A stretch of DNA of 64,000 nucleotides from Octopus vulgaris (lineage: Eukaryota), in contig OX597830.1 in assembly GCA_951406725.2 (NCBI GenBank), forward strand, positions 6,262,001 to 6,326,000. Direction: 5' to 3'. Below the pieces are notes generated by a model, which saw only the letters and a list, made by a program, of their open reading frames with translations, made no database searches and was not told where the DNA came from. The translations under genes and the position numbers were made by a program. Within the stretch, counting starts at the first letter, position 1; the number at the start of each line of letters is the position of its first letter. Positions 30,538 to 43,151 of this stretch are shown here, in pieces.

Positions 30538-31452
30538 GAAGGATTGTTAAAAACTGTTTACAGACTCTCATATTATGGTGGTTAATGAAGCCGTTCTGAG
30601 CAGCTTGAAACGTCTGTAAAGCAATCACAATTGGGAGACAGATTGAGCTTCGTTACAGACACCCAAAGCTGAGGTAGCGCGAAGTAGGTTGTAACATAGC
30701 TAACTGAAAACATGAAATTTGGGTGTGAGGATATGATAAACGAATGAACTCGCACAATGAAATGTTACAATTTTTATCATCGAGAACTGTGATGAACAAC
30801 TGTTTTTTTTGTTTTGTTTCACTGTTCACGTATTTTCGAACACCATAATCCCCCTGTCAAAAGCAAGCAGTATTTTTTATCACATCATATTTATTAATCT
30901 TCAGTGTGAAGCTCAAAGATGAATATCCAAATATCAAATTAAGTACCTGGGTACGTAATAGCTCCCTGCCTTTAAGGAATATTTATTAAATGACATTTTA
31001 AGAGGGAGATGAATAACGCAATATTTGGGCCATGTTATTCCTCGCCCATTAAGTGAATATGCATTTTCGATATAAACGCTTCTTATTTATAATTCAAACA
31101 ACTTTTTATAATAACTCTAATATATCTTATTTATAATTCAAACAACTTCTGATTGTGCTTATTCAAGCCTTCCGTTAACTGATGCTAAACTTCCCATTCA
31201 TAATCATCAAGCCCCCTAACGAACCCACTGAAACCTTAAATTTTAAAGACCTTAAATGAAATACTCAGTTCTTATTTTCAATGTATGAGAATTGGTTTAT
31301 GTAGTCTTGTTCTGAGCAGAATTGACATCGTCCTGCTGTAAGAAGCCGTTTTGGTAGAAAGGGAGAAGCGTATATTTTTATTGAATCTTATCCTGATATA
31401 ACAACGGGACATTGTTGCTATGAGATTGAGGACCACATAACAAGACCACTTG

Positions 31453-31705
31453 AGGAGACTTGTGTGTTGGTCAGGGTGCTGGACTCATAATCGTAAGACA
31501 GTGATTTCGGTTCCTGGAGCAGGAGATACGTTGTGTTCTTGAGCAAAACATTTCATTTCACGTTGCCCCAGTCCGCTCAAGCTGGCCAAAAAGAGTAATC
31601 CTGCGACGGACTGGCGTCCCGTCGAGGTGGGGATTTTATACGCCACGGAAACCTGGAAACCGGACCTTACGACTCTGGAATAAGTCGAGAAGGTCACCTT
31701 TACCA
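31453..31705 (+). mobile_element. tRNA-derived SINE (head B, V-domain-like centre); decayed relative at ~63425-63670 (-)
   Basis: TGTGTTCTTGAGCAAAAC..CCAGTCCGCTCAAGCTG followed by CCTGCGACGGACTGGCGTCCCGTC. Confidence 0.6.
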
Positions 31706-32917
31706 TTTGTTTTGTAGCAAACCCCCTTCGTTTATTTTCCCAATTGATGGGGTTATCTTTTACTCTTGAGCATGCATGATGTTGTGACAACTTCCTTGTA
31801 GAAAGCTAAATGATACACGTGGTCATCACAGTTATAATAACACTACAAATTTAACAAAGTGATTGTATCAAAGACTACCTCACCGACATTAGCCTTCTAT
31901 ACCAGTGATTAGCCTTCTATACCAGTGAGAGTCTGCAGTGTTACTCTTCTAATTGTGGTTGCTGATGGGAGTATATCTTACTCAGGTTTCAGGTGAATTG
32001 TCTAGCAAGCACTCCTTCCGACAAAATATACAAGCATAAACTGATTGACTTAATATGTTTCCTAAGCCAACAAGAAATATTTGTTTTCTAGCTCCTCTTG
32101 TTTCAACTCGATTTTGTTTTTTCTTCTTTAAGCTGACGAAACTTCTAGAAATCCTTGCTGAACATCTTATTTCGGCGAGACATCCATTTGTTTTGAAGCC
32201 GAAATTGTCCTTCCTTTCTTTCCAAAGCGCTTATCTCACCTCATCAACAACTATGATACTGGAGATTTTTACTGTACACTCTAAATCTAGCGGGAGTGAG
32301 GTTGGGAGCCTAAATCGCTGTTCTAGAAAGCTGTTGGAATTATTTACAATTTCTTTTACTCGAGTTGACAAGAACTTATATACCCGGGCTAGCAACAAAA
32401 GACTCGTTAAACGGCCATATTGAATACACTACATGTTGATATCCATTAAAACAGACGGTAATTTTTCATTTGTCACTTCTGTCGGCTCTAATCTTCTTAC
32501 AATCGACTTATGATCGTTTAGTGTACACTAGTATCAAAGGCATTCTGATTATGACCATATCAACTTTCACCTTTTATACATAGTATATCGAGGAGTACTT
32601 TACCGAATGTATTCAGTAATTTTTATAAAATATTCAACTGAGATGAATATATGCCAACGGTGGTGTCCCAGCATGACTGCGACTTTGAAGGTGAAGCATT
32701 TTAAAGGTTTTAAAGATTTAAAGATGAGATGATTTTAGGGACATTTCTTCTCTATAACTAGCATTACACAAGTCAATATAGATTTCAGAAACCAGGTAGA
32801 CAATAAGACCCAGACTGAAGTCAGTATTAGTATCATTACTACAAACCAAAAGTCACTGCAAGAGCATAGCTGTAGTTTAATAAATAAAATCAGTACAAAA
32901 GTATGTATGTATGTTTA

Positions 32918-33118
32918 CAGTAAAACCTCGCCATATTGCGATCCACCTATCGCGCACTCAGAACATCGCGGATTTTTCTAGCTAATATATGCAAATTTAA
33001 ATCGGGGACTCTTCAGTAGATCCGGCTTTCTGTGGCCGATAGGTATATGTTTTTAGATTTTGTTTATATCTGTGGGAGGTTTTGGAACGGAACACCCGCG
33101 ATAGTCAAGGGATTGCTG
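32918..33118. mobile_element. Tigger/pogo-like MITE remnant
   Basis: TA|CAGTAAAACCTCG...CAAGGGATTGCTG imperfect TIRs, with subterminal ATCGCG/CGCGAT and GGAACGGAAC motifs. Confidence 0.5.
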
Positions 33119-33945
33119 TGAAGTTAGACTCATCATTACGTTGTTTTCTTGTTGGCGTTACTTTATGCACTTTGACCCCTTATATATCATGCTTAAAATA
33201 TCGGTTGGTACCATAACAGGGTTACAATGCGTCCTCTATAATTACCTCACCGTAAGGCATTTGACCCTGCTCTTTCACTATTGGAAATTTAGGGGTTTCT
33301 TCAGAAATTCTTCCCTCTCGGTACATTTACACTGAATATTTTAATTTATTGTACAAAACAGTATGACATTAAGGAATAAAAGGCGTTAATAATAATCCAA
33401 ACAAGATGGCGGCGAGTTGGCAGAATCGTTAGCACACCAGGGAACAATACTTAACGACATTACGTCCGTCTGTAAGTTCTGAGGTCAAATTCTGCCCAGG
33501 TCGACATTACCTTTCTTCCTACCGATAAAATAAGTACCAGATAAACACGGTGGTTCGTGTCACCAACTTGCCCCCTCCCTCTAAATCGCTGGTCTTGTTC
33601 CAAAATTTGAGACCAATATTTTTCCTAAACAATAATGATATTCATTTCAAATAAATGTGGCTAAAAGCACGCTGACTCTTTTTATTGAGGTTTCTGATTA
33701 TATTTTCTAGATATATCTCTAATAAAATTAGTTTTTCCATTAGTTCTTCAAAATCTTCATTTATCACCATAGTTACAAACACAAGTCCACGCGTATCTTT
33801 AGATACAAGATTGTATATATATTTTAGCCTCTGGGTATCAACGTTTCTCTCTGTAAAATGTATCTGTCGTCCTCCTCGCTCTACTCTTTCTCCCTTTCTG
33901 TCTCTCCCTCACGAACACACATTTTACTTCTTTCATTTTCTTTTA

Positions 33946-33997
<52 letters not shown>

Positions 33998-34033
33998 CAT
34001 ACATATATATATATAATATAATATATATATATA

Positions 34034-34105
<72 letters not shown>

Positions 34106-34120
34106 ATATAAGTTTTATAA

Positions 34121-34456
34121 TGTGGTGTTTTCCACAGTTACAATGTGTGGTCGCTGTTCTGACTGTAGCTGTTGTATCTACTCTTGTAGCCAGAATATTT
34201 TCTTGGTATCGGTTGCAGTGTATTTCTTCTATACTGAAATGGTAATACATCGCTTCGCCTATCCTGCTATCGCTGATAGCACTCTGCAAGACACCGAATT
34301 TGAACCGTCTACCCTGACTGTGCCTCGAACTCATCTATAACACGTAACTGACACTTAACCCCAACTGAGATCTCGTACAACTCTACACGACTCTCCGTAT
34401 TGGTTGACGTCGTCTGGTTCATACCACTGTGGGAGGGGTGTACCATTTCCACTACA
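34121..34456 (-). mobile_element. Probable LTR (~336 bp) of an LTR retrotransposon
   Basis: On minus it starts TGTAGTG and ends CACCACA (TG..CA with a short inverted repeat). It is preceded by purine-rich AAAAGGGGA (PPT-like). No matching TSD found. Confidence 0.45.
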
Positions 34457-34834
34457 GCATATCCCCTTTTAATTTCTGTTTTTTTGGGGGAGGGGGTGCA
34501 AGTAACTCTATTTTACTTTATTCATCCCGCTTCCCTTTTCTGGGGTTTAATTTTGGAGTAATTAATATTTTTTTTTCTTTTTGGCGTCTATCTTAAAGAA
34601 CGCTGTGTTCTTTCTTTTCTACTTTTACGCCAGTTTCTAGCGGCCGTGACTACAATTAGCTGCAGCGGAAACACCTAAAGGTCATTTTAATATGCAGTAT
34701 GATAACTATAAAATAAATTTTGTGGATGTACAATTCTCAATATTCTTTATGATTATTAAAATTGGTAAGAATATCTGACAAACCTCGCTGAGCCGTTATA
34801 TTTCGTATCATTCTTGGTGTCTAGATATGTTATA

Positions 34835-35063
34835 CTCTTTTAATCTGTTACTTGTTTCAGTCATTTGACTGTGGCCACGCTGGAGTACTGCCTTTAGTCG
34901 AGCAAATCGATCCTAGGACTTATTCTTTGCAAGCCTAGTACTTATTCTATCGGTCCCTTTACTGACGGTCCCTTTACTTACGGGGACGTAAGTACACCAG
35001 CATCGGTTGTCAAGTGATGTTGGGGGGACAAACACAGACACACAAACATATACACACATACAT

Positions 35064-35107
<44 letters not shown>

Positions 35108-35269
35108 GACGGGCTTTTTTCAGTTTCTGTCTACCAAACCCAGTCACAAGGATTTGGTCGGCCCGAGACTATAGTAGAAGACACTTGCCCAAGATGCCAC
35201 GCAGTGGGACTGAACCCGGAACCATGTGGTTGGTAAGCAAGCTACTTACCTCACAGCCACTCCTGCGCC
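34835..35269 (-). mobile_element. SINE family 1, full copy
   Basis: Reverse complement of the 36246-36625 structure. Confidence 0.85.
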
Positions 35270-35818
35270 TATATTTACATTTAGAATATTGAAATAGGTT
35301 TTTCCTAGCGTGGGACTTAGAATCATTAAAAGCACTCTTCTCTCCTTCACACGCACACACGCACGTGAGTACACACACAGAAGCGCACACAAAATGTGTA
35401 CATACACATATTCGCACGCACACACGCACACGCACACACACACACACACACAGACACACGCACCAAACAGCGATAAGTGTGTTAGTGCTTCAAATAACGC
35501 ACTAACACCTTCATCGCTGCTTGTGCATTTGGAATTTTTACGTTCTCTCTTCTGAGACACAAGTGGCGGCTCAGCCTCACTTTCAAGTTAATAATGACAT
35601 CTACTATGCCACTGCCTCTCCCTCTTCCTTTCTCTCTCCCTCCCTCCCTTTCTCTTTCTCTCTCTTTCACCCTCTCTCACTCTCTCCAATTCACTCACTC
35701 TCTTTCCAGCTTTAACATTTTTGTTGTTTTCCTGCGTCAACCATGTGAAGTGCCGTCGCGTGGTTACATGAACAACTTGAAAGACTACACTCCACTCATT
35801 GTATCAATGAATTGAGTG

Positions 35819-35879
<61 letters not shown>

Positions 35880-36017
35880 CGGAGATGTACTTGCGTAGCA
35901 AGTAACCTGATCTGACATAGTGTGCTGGAACGAAAACAATTGCAGCGTGGAAGGTGTTTATAAGCCATTTAAGAAACACACAAAAGCCGTTCGATTCACT
36001 CCAACATTTAAGTTTAA

Positions 36018-36068
36018 TTTGTCAAAATATTTTCGTCGCTATAAGACCGCGACCTGTTCACTGACAAA
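36018..36068 (-). ncRNA. Mirror copy of the minimal hammerhead motif (G3-C8)
   Basis: Same architecture on the minus strand. Only the stem II loop differs (ggtcttata). Confidence 0.65.
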
Positions 36069-36090
36069 AATCCGTGCTGCTTCACGGATT

Positions 36091-36140
36091 TTTGTCAGTG
36101 AACAGGTCGCGGATTTTAGCGACGAAAATATTTTGACAAA
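36091..36140 (+). ncRNA. Minimal type-I hammerhead ribozyme motif, G3-C8 core variant
   Basis: TTTGTCA-GTGAACA-G-GTCGC(ggatttta)GCGAC-GAAA-ATAT-TT-TGACAAA. Stem I 7 bp, stem II 5 bp, palindromic AATATT in place of stem III. Confidence 0.65.
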
Positions 36141-36245
36141 TTAAACTTAAATGTTGGAGTGAATCGAACGGCTTTTGTGTGTTTCTTAAATGGCTTACAA
36201 ACACCTTCCACGCTGCAATTGTTTATATATATATATATATATATA

Positions 36246-36625
36246 GGCGCAGGAGTGGCTGTGTGGTAAGTAGCTTGCTAACCAACCTACATGGTGCCGG
36301 GTTCAGTCCTACTGCGTGGCATCTTGGGCAAGTGTCTTCTGCTATAGCCCCGGGCCGACCAATGCCTTGTGAGTGGATTTGGTAGACGGAAACTGAAAGA
36401 AGCCTGTCGTATATATGTATATATATATATGTGTATGTGTGTCTGTGTTTGTTCCCTAGCATTGCCTGACAACCGATGCTAGTGTGTTTACGTCCCCGTC
36501 ACTTAGCGGTTCGGCAAAAGAGACCGTTAGAATAAGTACTGGGCTTACAAAGAATAAGTCGATTTGCTCGACTAAAGGCGGTGCTCCAGCATGGCCGCAG
36601 TCAAATGACTGAAACAAGTAAAAAA
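36246..36625 (+). mobile_element. tRNA-derived SINE family 1 (octopus OR-like, CORE-like centre), full copy
   Basis: A-box-like TGGCTGTGTGG, B-box-like GGTTCAGTCC, then CTTGGGCAAGTGTCTT, an internal (TA/TG)n, and tail GGTGCTCCAGCATGGCCGCAGTCAAATGACTGAAACAAG. Confidence 0.85.
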
Positions 36626-37221
36626 AGAAAGAAAAAAAAGAAAAGAATACATATACAGATAGATAGATACATAGATAAATGTATATGTATATGTACATAT
36701 ATTATATATATATGTATATGTGGTGGGGTGTATGAGTGTGCATGTATGTGTCTCCATATATATATGGGGCAGTTATCTACGCTGTCACCATATATAAATG
36801 TACTTTTACGTAGCTATAATTGGTCTTAGCTCTCCTTTCTAGCAATGTATGTGCTTGAAGCATGTATAGTCACCATTAGTGACTATACACCCACCAAATT
36901 GAGAAAATGCAGTTTATTCACTCCAACTGAATATTGCTCAAGAGGACTAAAATAAATCGGAAGTTGAAATAACGGATTGCATCTCAAAATTATTTCCTGG
37001 CGTTACTCTAGGTTTAGCGAACGAAATGTTTTTTTGTGGTCAAAACCGGATCTTCAGGAAAAAGAATGAATCAAACTTTCATCTGATCGAGACAAGGGAT
37101 ATTTAAAGGGAATCAGCCAAGCGGAACGTTGGACGACTGTCAGAGAAAAAGAAAAAAATCAAGTAACCAAAATATTTGATGAATAAGAGACGTATGCAGA
37201 AAAACCAACCAACCGGAACAC

Positions 37222-37629
37222 TTACTTTTACTTTTACTTGTGTCAGTCATTTGGCTGCGGCCATGCTGGAGCACCGCCTTTAAACGAATTAAATCGACTG
37301 CAGAACTTATTCTTTGTAAGCTTAGTATATATTCCATCAGTCTCTTTTTGGCGAACCGCTAAGTTAGGGGGACGTAAACACGCCAGCATCGGTTGTCAAG
37401 CGATGTTGGGGGAGACAAGCACAGATACAAAACATATACATACACATATATACATATACATATATACGACGGGCTTCTTTCAGTTTCCGTCTACCAAATC
37501 TACTCACACGGCTTTGGTCGGCCTGAGGCTATAGTAGAAGACATTTGCCCAAGGTGCCACGCAGTAGGACTGAACCCGGAACCATGTGGTTGGTAAGCAA
37601 TCTACTTACCACACAGCCACTCCTGCGCC
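37222..37629 (-). mobile_element. SINE family 1, full copy
   Basis: Same head, core and tail, with (CTTTTA)n tail repeats on +. Confidence 0.85.
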
Positions 37630-37958
37630 TATGGATCACATTTTGTCAAAAGCAAGTCATCAAAACAGTTGATGGACGAATGAAGTCACCAAGTAGTCGA
37701 CCAACCAGAATGCTGGACAACTACCAAACTAGAACATGTGACCAGAGCACAGGGAAAACGAATCAGATATTCAGGCAGTAAGCCAAACAAGACACTGTGT
37801 CACAACCGCGTTGTCCATTATTTTCAGAAACGTATGTGACGTCATAGAGTTTATAACCAATTGGTGCTTGACATTAAATCTTAAAAACCTATATAGATAC
37901 AAATATATACATACATACATACATACATATATATATATATATTATATATACATATATA

Positions 37959-38013
<55 letters not shown>

Positions 38014-38014
<1 letters not shown>

Positions 38015-38372
38015 CTCTTTACTCTTTTACTCTTTTACTTGTTTCAGTCATTTGACTGCGGCCATGCTGGAGCACCGCCTTTAGTCGAGCAAATCGACCC
38101 CGGGACTTATTCTTTGTAAACCCAGTACTTATTCTATCGGTCTCTTTTGCCGAACCGCTAAGTGACGGGGACGTAAACACACCAGCATCGGTTGCCACGC
38201 AATGCTAGGGGGGCAAGGCTTCTTTCAGTTTCCGTCTACCAAATCCACTCACAAGACATTGGTCGGCCCGGGGCTATAGCAGAAGATACTTGCCCAAGAT
38301 GCCACGCAGTGGGACTGAACCCGCAACCATGTGGTTGGTTAGCAAGCTACTTACCACACAGCTACTCCTGCG

Positions 38373-38374
<2 letters not shown>
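38014..38374 (-). mobile_element. SINE family 1, internal microsatellite deleted
   Basis: Head and tail halves joined directly at ~38215. (CTCTTTTA)n tail. Confidence 0.85.
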
Positions 38375-38428
<54 letters not shown>

Positions 38429-38981
38429 TACGCAGGCACACACAAAGCGATATGAATTTAAGACAGTTGAATTTCCCACCAGCATAAACCAATGACCAAT
38501 AATTCCCTTTCATGAACTACGGCAGAAATTGTAAGAAGACAGTCTTTTTTTCTGGGTTTCTTGTTCTGTTTCTTTTAAAACTTCATCGTATTATTGCTTT
38601 GGAAACTAATGGACGTTTATTATTTTCTATTACTCTGAAATTTAATCGATATTTGAATTTATTTGAACATTTGGTATTTTCAGCCTGTTTTATATTCATC
38701 GCTTGTACCTTCGACCTCTCATCAATTTTGGAAATTTCGTTGAAACCGGTATGGTATTTTGATAAATTTGTCAAAACAATTTAATGTAGAATTCATTTTC
38801 AAACTCAGTTGCATTTTTAATCCCAAAACTAACTTTTTCTGTATTCTTTCATGCGTAGATATAAACTTCTGTTTACCATATATATATTTTTTACATACAT
38901 ACATGCATACATACATACATACATACATTCATACATACATGCATACATACATACATATATATATATGAGAGAGACAGAAAG

Positions 38982-39065
<84 letters not shown>

Positions 39066-40659
39066 GATAGATAATTTACATATTATTTATGGCCAAACTT
39101 TGTGAACAGTATGTAATGGGAAGTGATCGTAGAGCAGCTAATGGTGATATGGATATACATGACTATTTTGGCGCCATCATTTATTATATAAAGATAAATG
39201 ACTTTGATGTAATTTAGCTGTTTCCTACACAAAGATGAATGAGTCTAGTGCACAAGCTGACATTTCTAGGAAGTCTAGTCTCAGACTATTAGCACTGGCC
39301 TGGCTACCAAACCATAGACACTTCTTGCCGTTGCCTTCTAAAGGATAATGGCTTTGGTAATAATGTTCATGATGCTGGTAACATAATAAACAACAACAAC
39401 AGCGATTAATGTAGCAGTAAACACATCAACAACATCAATAATAATAATTCTTGCTAAAGTTTGGCACAAGGCTAGTTAAGGGGTGGAGCTAGTCGACCTG
39501 GTGGGTATTTGAACCCATAACGCAAAGCCGGAACAGATGCAGGGTATCTTTTTGTCCGACGTGCTAATGATTCTACCAGCTCATTACCTTAAACAATTAT
39601 TTCTACTGCAAGCACAAAGTGCTCGACTGGTTCTTATTTTATCGACTCGGAAAGGGCAAAAGACAAAGTCGACTCCGGTGGAATTTGAACTCGGAACGAC
39701 ATAGCTTAAAAGAAATGCTGGAAAGAATTTTGTTCGATGTGCTATTTCATCCAGCCAAACCTAAATGAATAAAAAGAATGGTTTCAAATTTTGACCCCAA
39801 AATTATGAACAGCGAAGTCGCTGGCATTTGAACTCAGAAGCTAAAGGTGGATAAAATAACAGTAAGCATTTTATCCGGCGTGCTAACGATTCTGCCAGCT
39901 CGCTGCCTTATAATAATAATAATGATGATAACACAAACAACAACAACAGCAATAATAATAATAATAGTAATAATAATAGTAATAATAATAATCATTTCTT
40001 GGGCGGGGAGACGGGGAATGTCAATCATATCAGCCTCAGTTCTCGACTGGTGCTTAATTTATCGGCCCCCGAAAGGATGAACGGCGAAGTTTGAACTCAG
40101 CACGTTAAATCACACGAAATGCGGCTAAACATTTCGCCCGAAGTGCTAACGATCCTGCCCTGATTTCAGGAACGAACCCAGAGACCAGAATTTAAGTATC
40201 TTCCATCCGTGTGATATAATTAGCAAACTTGGATGCTCTTGCTACTCTGCAATAATAGATGGTATTCGGTGTTAGAGAAATGAAAACTGATATGGAATTA
40301 TAGCTTATGAGCATCTTAAAGTAATGAGCTGTAGCGATATTAGGCTAAATAACGATCGAAAGTGTAAGAGATTTAGAACACGGACCGACAGCGAAATACA
40401 CAGGAAATGATGAACTTGGCTAAGGAAAACACTAATAAAAGTAAATGACAGGAAAAGGATATTACAGATTCGTTGAAGTGGTATACAAAACAATGCTAAA
40501 TGTTAATGGTAAGGAAATAGATTTAAGAATATTGAGGTTAGTTGAGTTAGTTGTAATATTATCAACTGGAGACTAAATGGATATAACAAGATTAAATACA
40601 GAAACAAGCGAATTGATAACATCATTTAGGGAATGGCTATTTGAATTGCAATCTCCTTC

Positions 40660-41160
40660 TTCAAGTGCCATGTACAGAATATAGGGCATTGGCAAACATG
40701 TCCGGTTCCAATTCTCTGTTCTTTGTTTTCAGTAACAGTTTCAGTTCCTGGCTTTTAATGGCGCTTTCCTCCCTAAGACTTCATCAAGCTTGACATTCTT
40801 AGCATCTTCTCCTTCATTCTGCTTCTCTCCCCTCCACCTTTTCCGGCCATCGTTCAATTCTCTACGCCCTCTTTTCTCATCACATGGTAACGATATCTCA
40901 GTTGCGTAGCCCTTTCATCACGAAGCAGTTTCCTATTTATCCGAGCCCAAGTCATCACTCTTTCATTAAGCACTTTGTTTATGTTGTCCTCAATATTCCA
41001 TTAAAAACTTTATTCCCCTGCTCCCCGAGCACCTTCTCATTTCTGATGTTATGGACCATGCCTCACTCTTATGCATTAACACAAGGTACGCATAAAAACT
41101 TATGAAGAGCAAAAGAGGATTTTGTTTACTAACATGAAGCTTGGCGAAGGTTGTTTCTGG
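40660..41160 (-). mobile_element. RTE-clade LINE 3' fragment, decayed
   Basis: VLMHKSEAWSIT (YGSEAW-like) and QLRYRYHVMRKEGVEN..MAGK.GGERSR (resembles QLRFFGHVMRKEG..GKIEGKRSR). Confidence 0.6.
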
Positions 41161-41179
41161 ACATATAAAATATACCAGC

Positions 41180-41500
41180 ATGAAGGTTCAGTCCCACAGC
41201 GTGACACCTTGGGCCACTGTCTTCCACAATAGTCTTGAGCCGACCAAAGCCTTGAGACTGGAATGAGACTGTCCTATGTGTATATATCTATGTGGGTGTC
41301 TTTCAGTGAGTATTTCTCCCCTATCACAGCTTGACAACCGGTGTGGGTTTGTCTACTTTCCCCGTAACTTAGCGATTCAGCAAAAGACACCGATAGTCTA
41401 AATGCCTGGTTTAAAAGTAAGTACTAGGGTTGATAAGTTCGAAGAAACCCTTTAAGGCTGTGCTACAGCATGGTCGGAGTCCAATTACTGAAACAAATAA
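41180..41500 (+). mobile_element. SINE family 1, diverged
   Basis: GGTTCAGTCCCAC...CCGACCAAAGCCTTG...CAGCATGGTC..CTGAAACAAA. Confidence 0.65.
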
Positions 41501-41511
41501 AATATACATCA

Positions 41512-41548
<37 letters not shown>

Positions 41549-42515
41549 GCATGTAAGTGTGTGTGCGCGCGCGAACGCGTGTTTGTGTGTGTATGCACAC
41601 AATACCTGATATATTAATATATACCCGCAAGCACGCATTACCCGATATATTTATATATACTCACAAGCACCACACATTTCCCGACATATTTATATACTCA
41701 TTTTTCATTGAGGATAGTACATGATAAGAAAATTTGGCTGTTATTTCAAGCCATCACCCACTTTGTAGAGGCATTACATATTTTGAGACAAAACTCTGCG
41801 TGAGCAGTTGCTGGTAGAGAATAGACAACAGTATTATTAAATATATGACTACATAAATAGTGATTACATTAATTATCATACATAAACATAATTATTACAT
41901 AAATTGTCATGAATAATCATAATCATTACATAAATTATCATCGTTAATTCTTATAATAAGACCGAGGCCAGCAATTTTCGGATGAGGAGTTAATCAGTAA
42001 AATAACCAACCTCGGCAGATGTCTAATTTTTGTATTTCATTTCATCGATCCTAGACGGATTACAGGCTAAGCTGACCTTGATGGGATTAAATCAAAGTGC
42101 AGAGAATCAGGACGATTAGCGAATAATGTAAACCATTCTATCCAACGCTTTGCTGAATTGGTTAAATTTGCCGCACAGGTAGTAATAACAATAATAATAA
42201 TAATAACAACAACAACAAAAACAACACCAGCAACAAAAACAAGAATAACAATATTAATAATATCGATAATAATAATAATAATATTTTTAAAAGGATTAAC
42301 GTAACTCTTCACAAAGGTAAACAGTCGAGACGAAGAACGCGATTCGGTCGTAAGATATTTTATTAGTTGAACGATATTTCAACAGTAAGTCTGTCTTTGT
42401 TAGGTACAATTTTGAATTTTTATCACTTCTTATTTTGAACTTGACAAAGATGGACCTACTGTGGAAATATAGTTCAACCAATGAAATTTCTGACAATCGA
42501 ATCGCGCTCTTCGTC

Positions 42516-42579
<64 letters not shown>

Positions 42580-42593
42580 TAATAATAATAATA

Positions 42594-43151
42594 AGTGCCC
42601 TGATGCAGTACCAGGTAGTGGCTCTCATGGCTTTTGATCTTAACTGATTGGAAGTGTTATCATGTACATTGTTTTGTCTTGGTATAAAAGATGGGCAACA
42701 GCAAATATTCTGCTCAATACTACAGATTTGCTTGTCAGTTGTTTGACCTTAACCAGTTGAGCATGTCCCTTAGTGGCTGACGATATGTGCATCTCTCATC
42801 ACGAGCAGAAGTAGTGGGGGAGCATCATAGCCATGTGTTGAGAGGGATTCTTTGGGGTTTGAATAATTCACGTTTGGAAACATAGGTGGTTCTTTCAACA
42901 TCCTTAAACAACCCTTATTCAGGGACCGTTTGAGCGGGATGGGCTACTAACAACCTCAAAAAATTCTAACTGGGCCCCACCTGCAAGGTCATGTGCTGTT
43001 TATCTTGATATGAGATCACCATGTCGCGCACATATGGTTGTGATGCATGTGCCTGGTGTACCCTTATCAGACGGGTAGTCATGATGGGTATATTGGGCTT
43101 CGTATATTTTACCCCAGTGTCACTTTGATGGCATAAACTGCTCTCTCACTC
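42594..43151 (+). mobile_element. Second full copy of the ~560-bp (AAT)n-associated element
   Basis: Same termini as 21775-22351, (AAT)n on both sides, colinear throughout. Confidence 0.8.

Larger units (their letters stand above)
35877..36224. repeat. Near-perfect foldback (arms ~143 bp, 6-nt loop) in (TA)n; Penelope-like inverted pLTR remnant
   Basis: 35934-36076 is the reverse complement of 36083-36224 apart from a few differences. (TA)n on both sides. Confidence 0.85.

Noticed and set aside
32055-32423. 122-aa ORF
   Set aside because: No domain recognised. The antisense frame has only a weak LINE-like ALWKERK and an internal stop.
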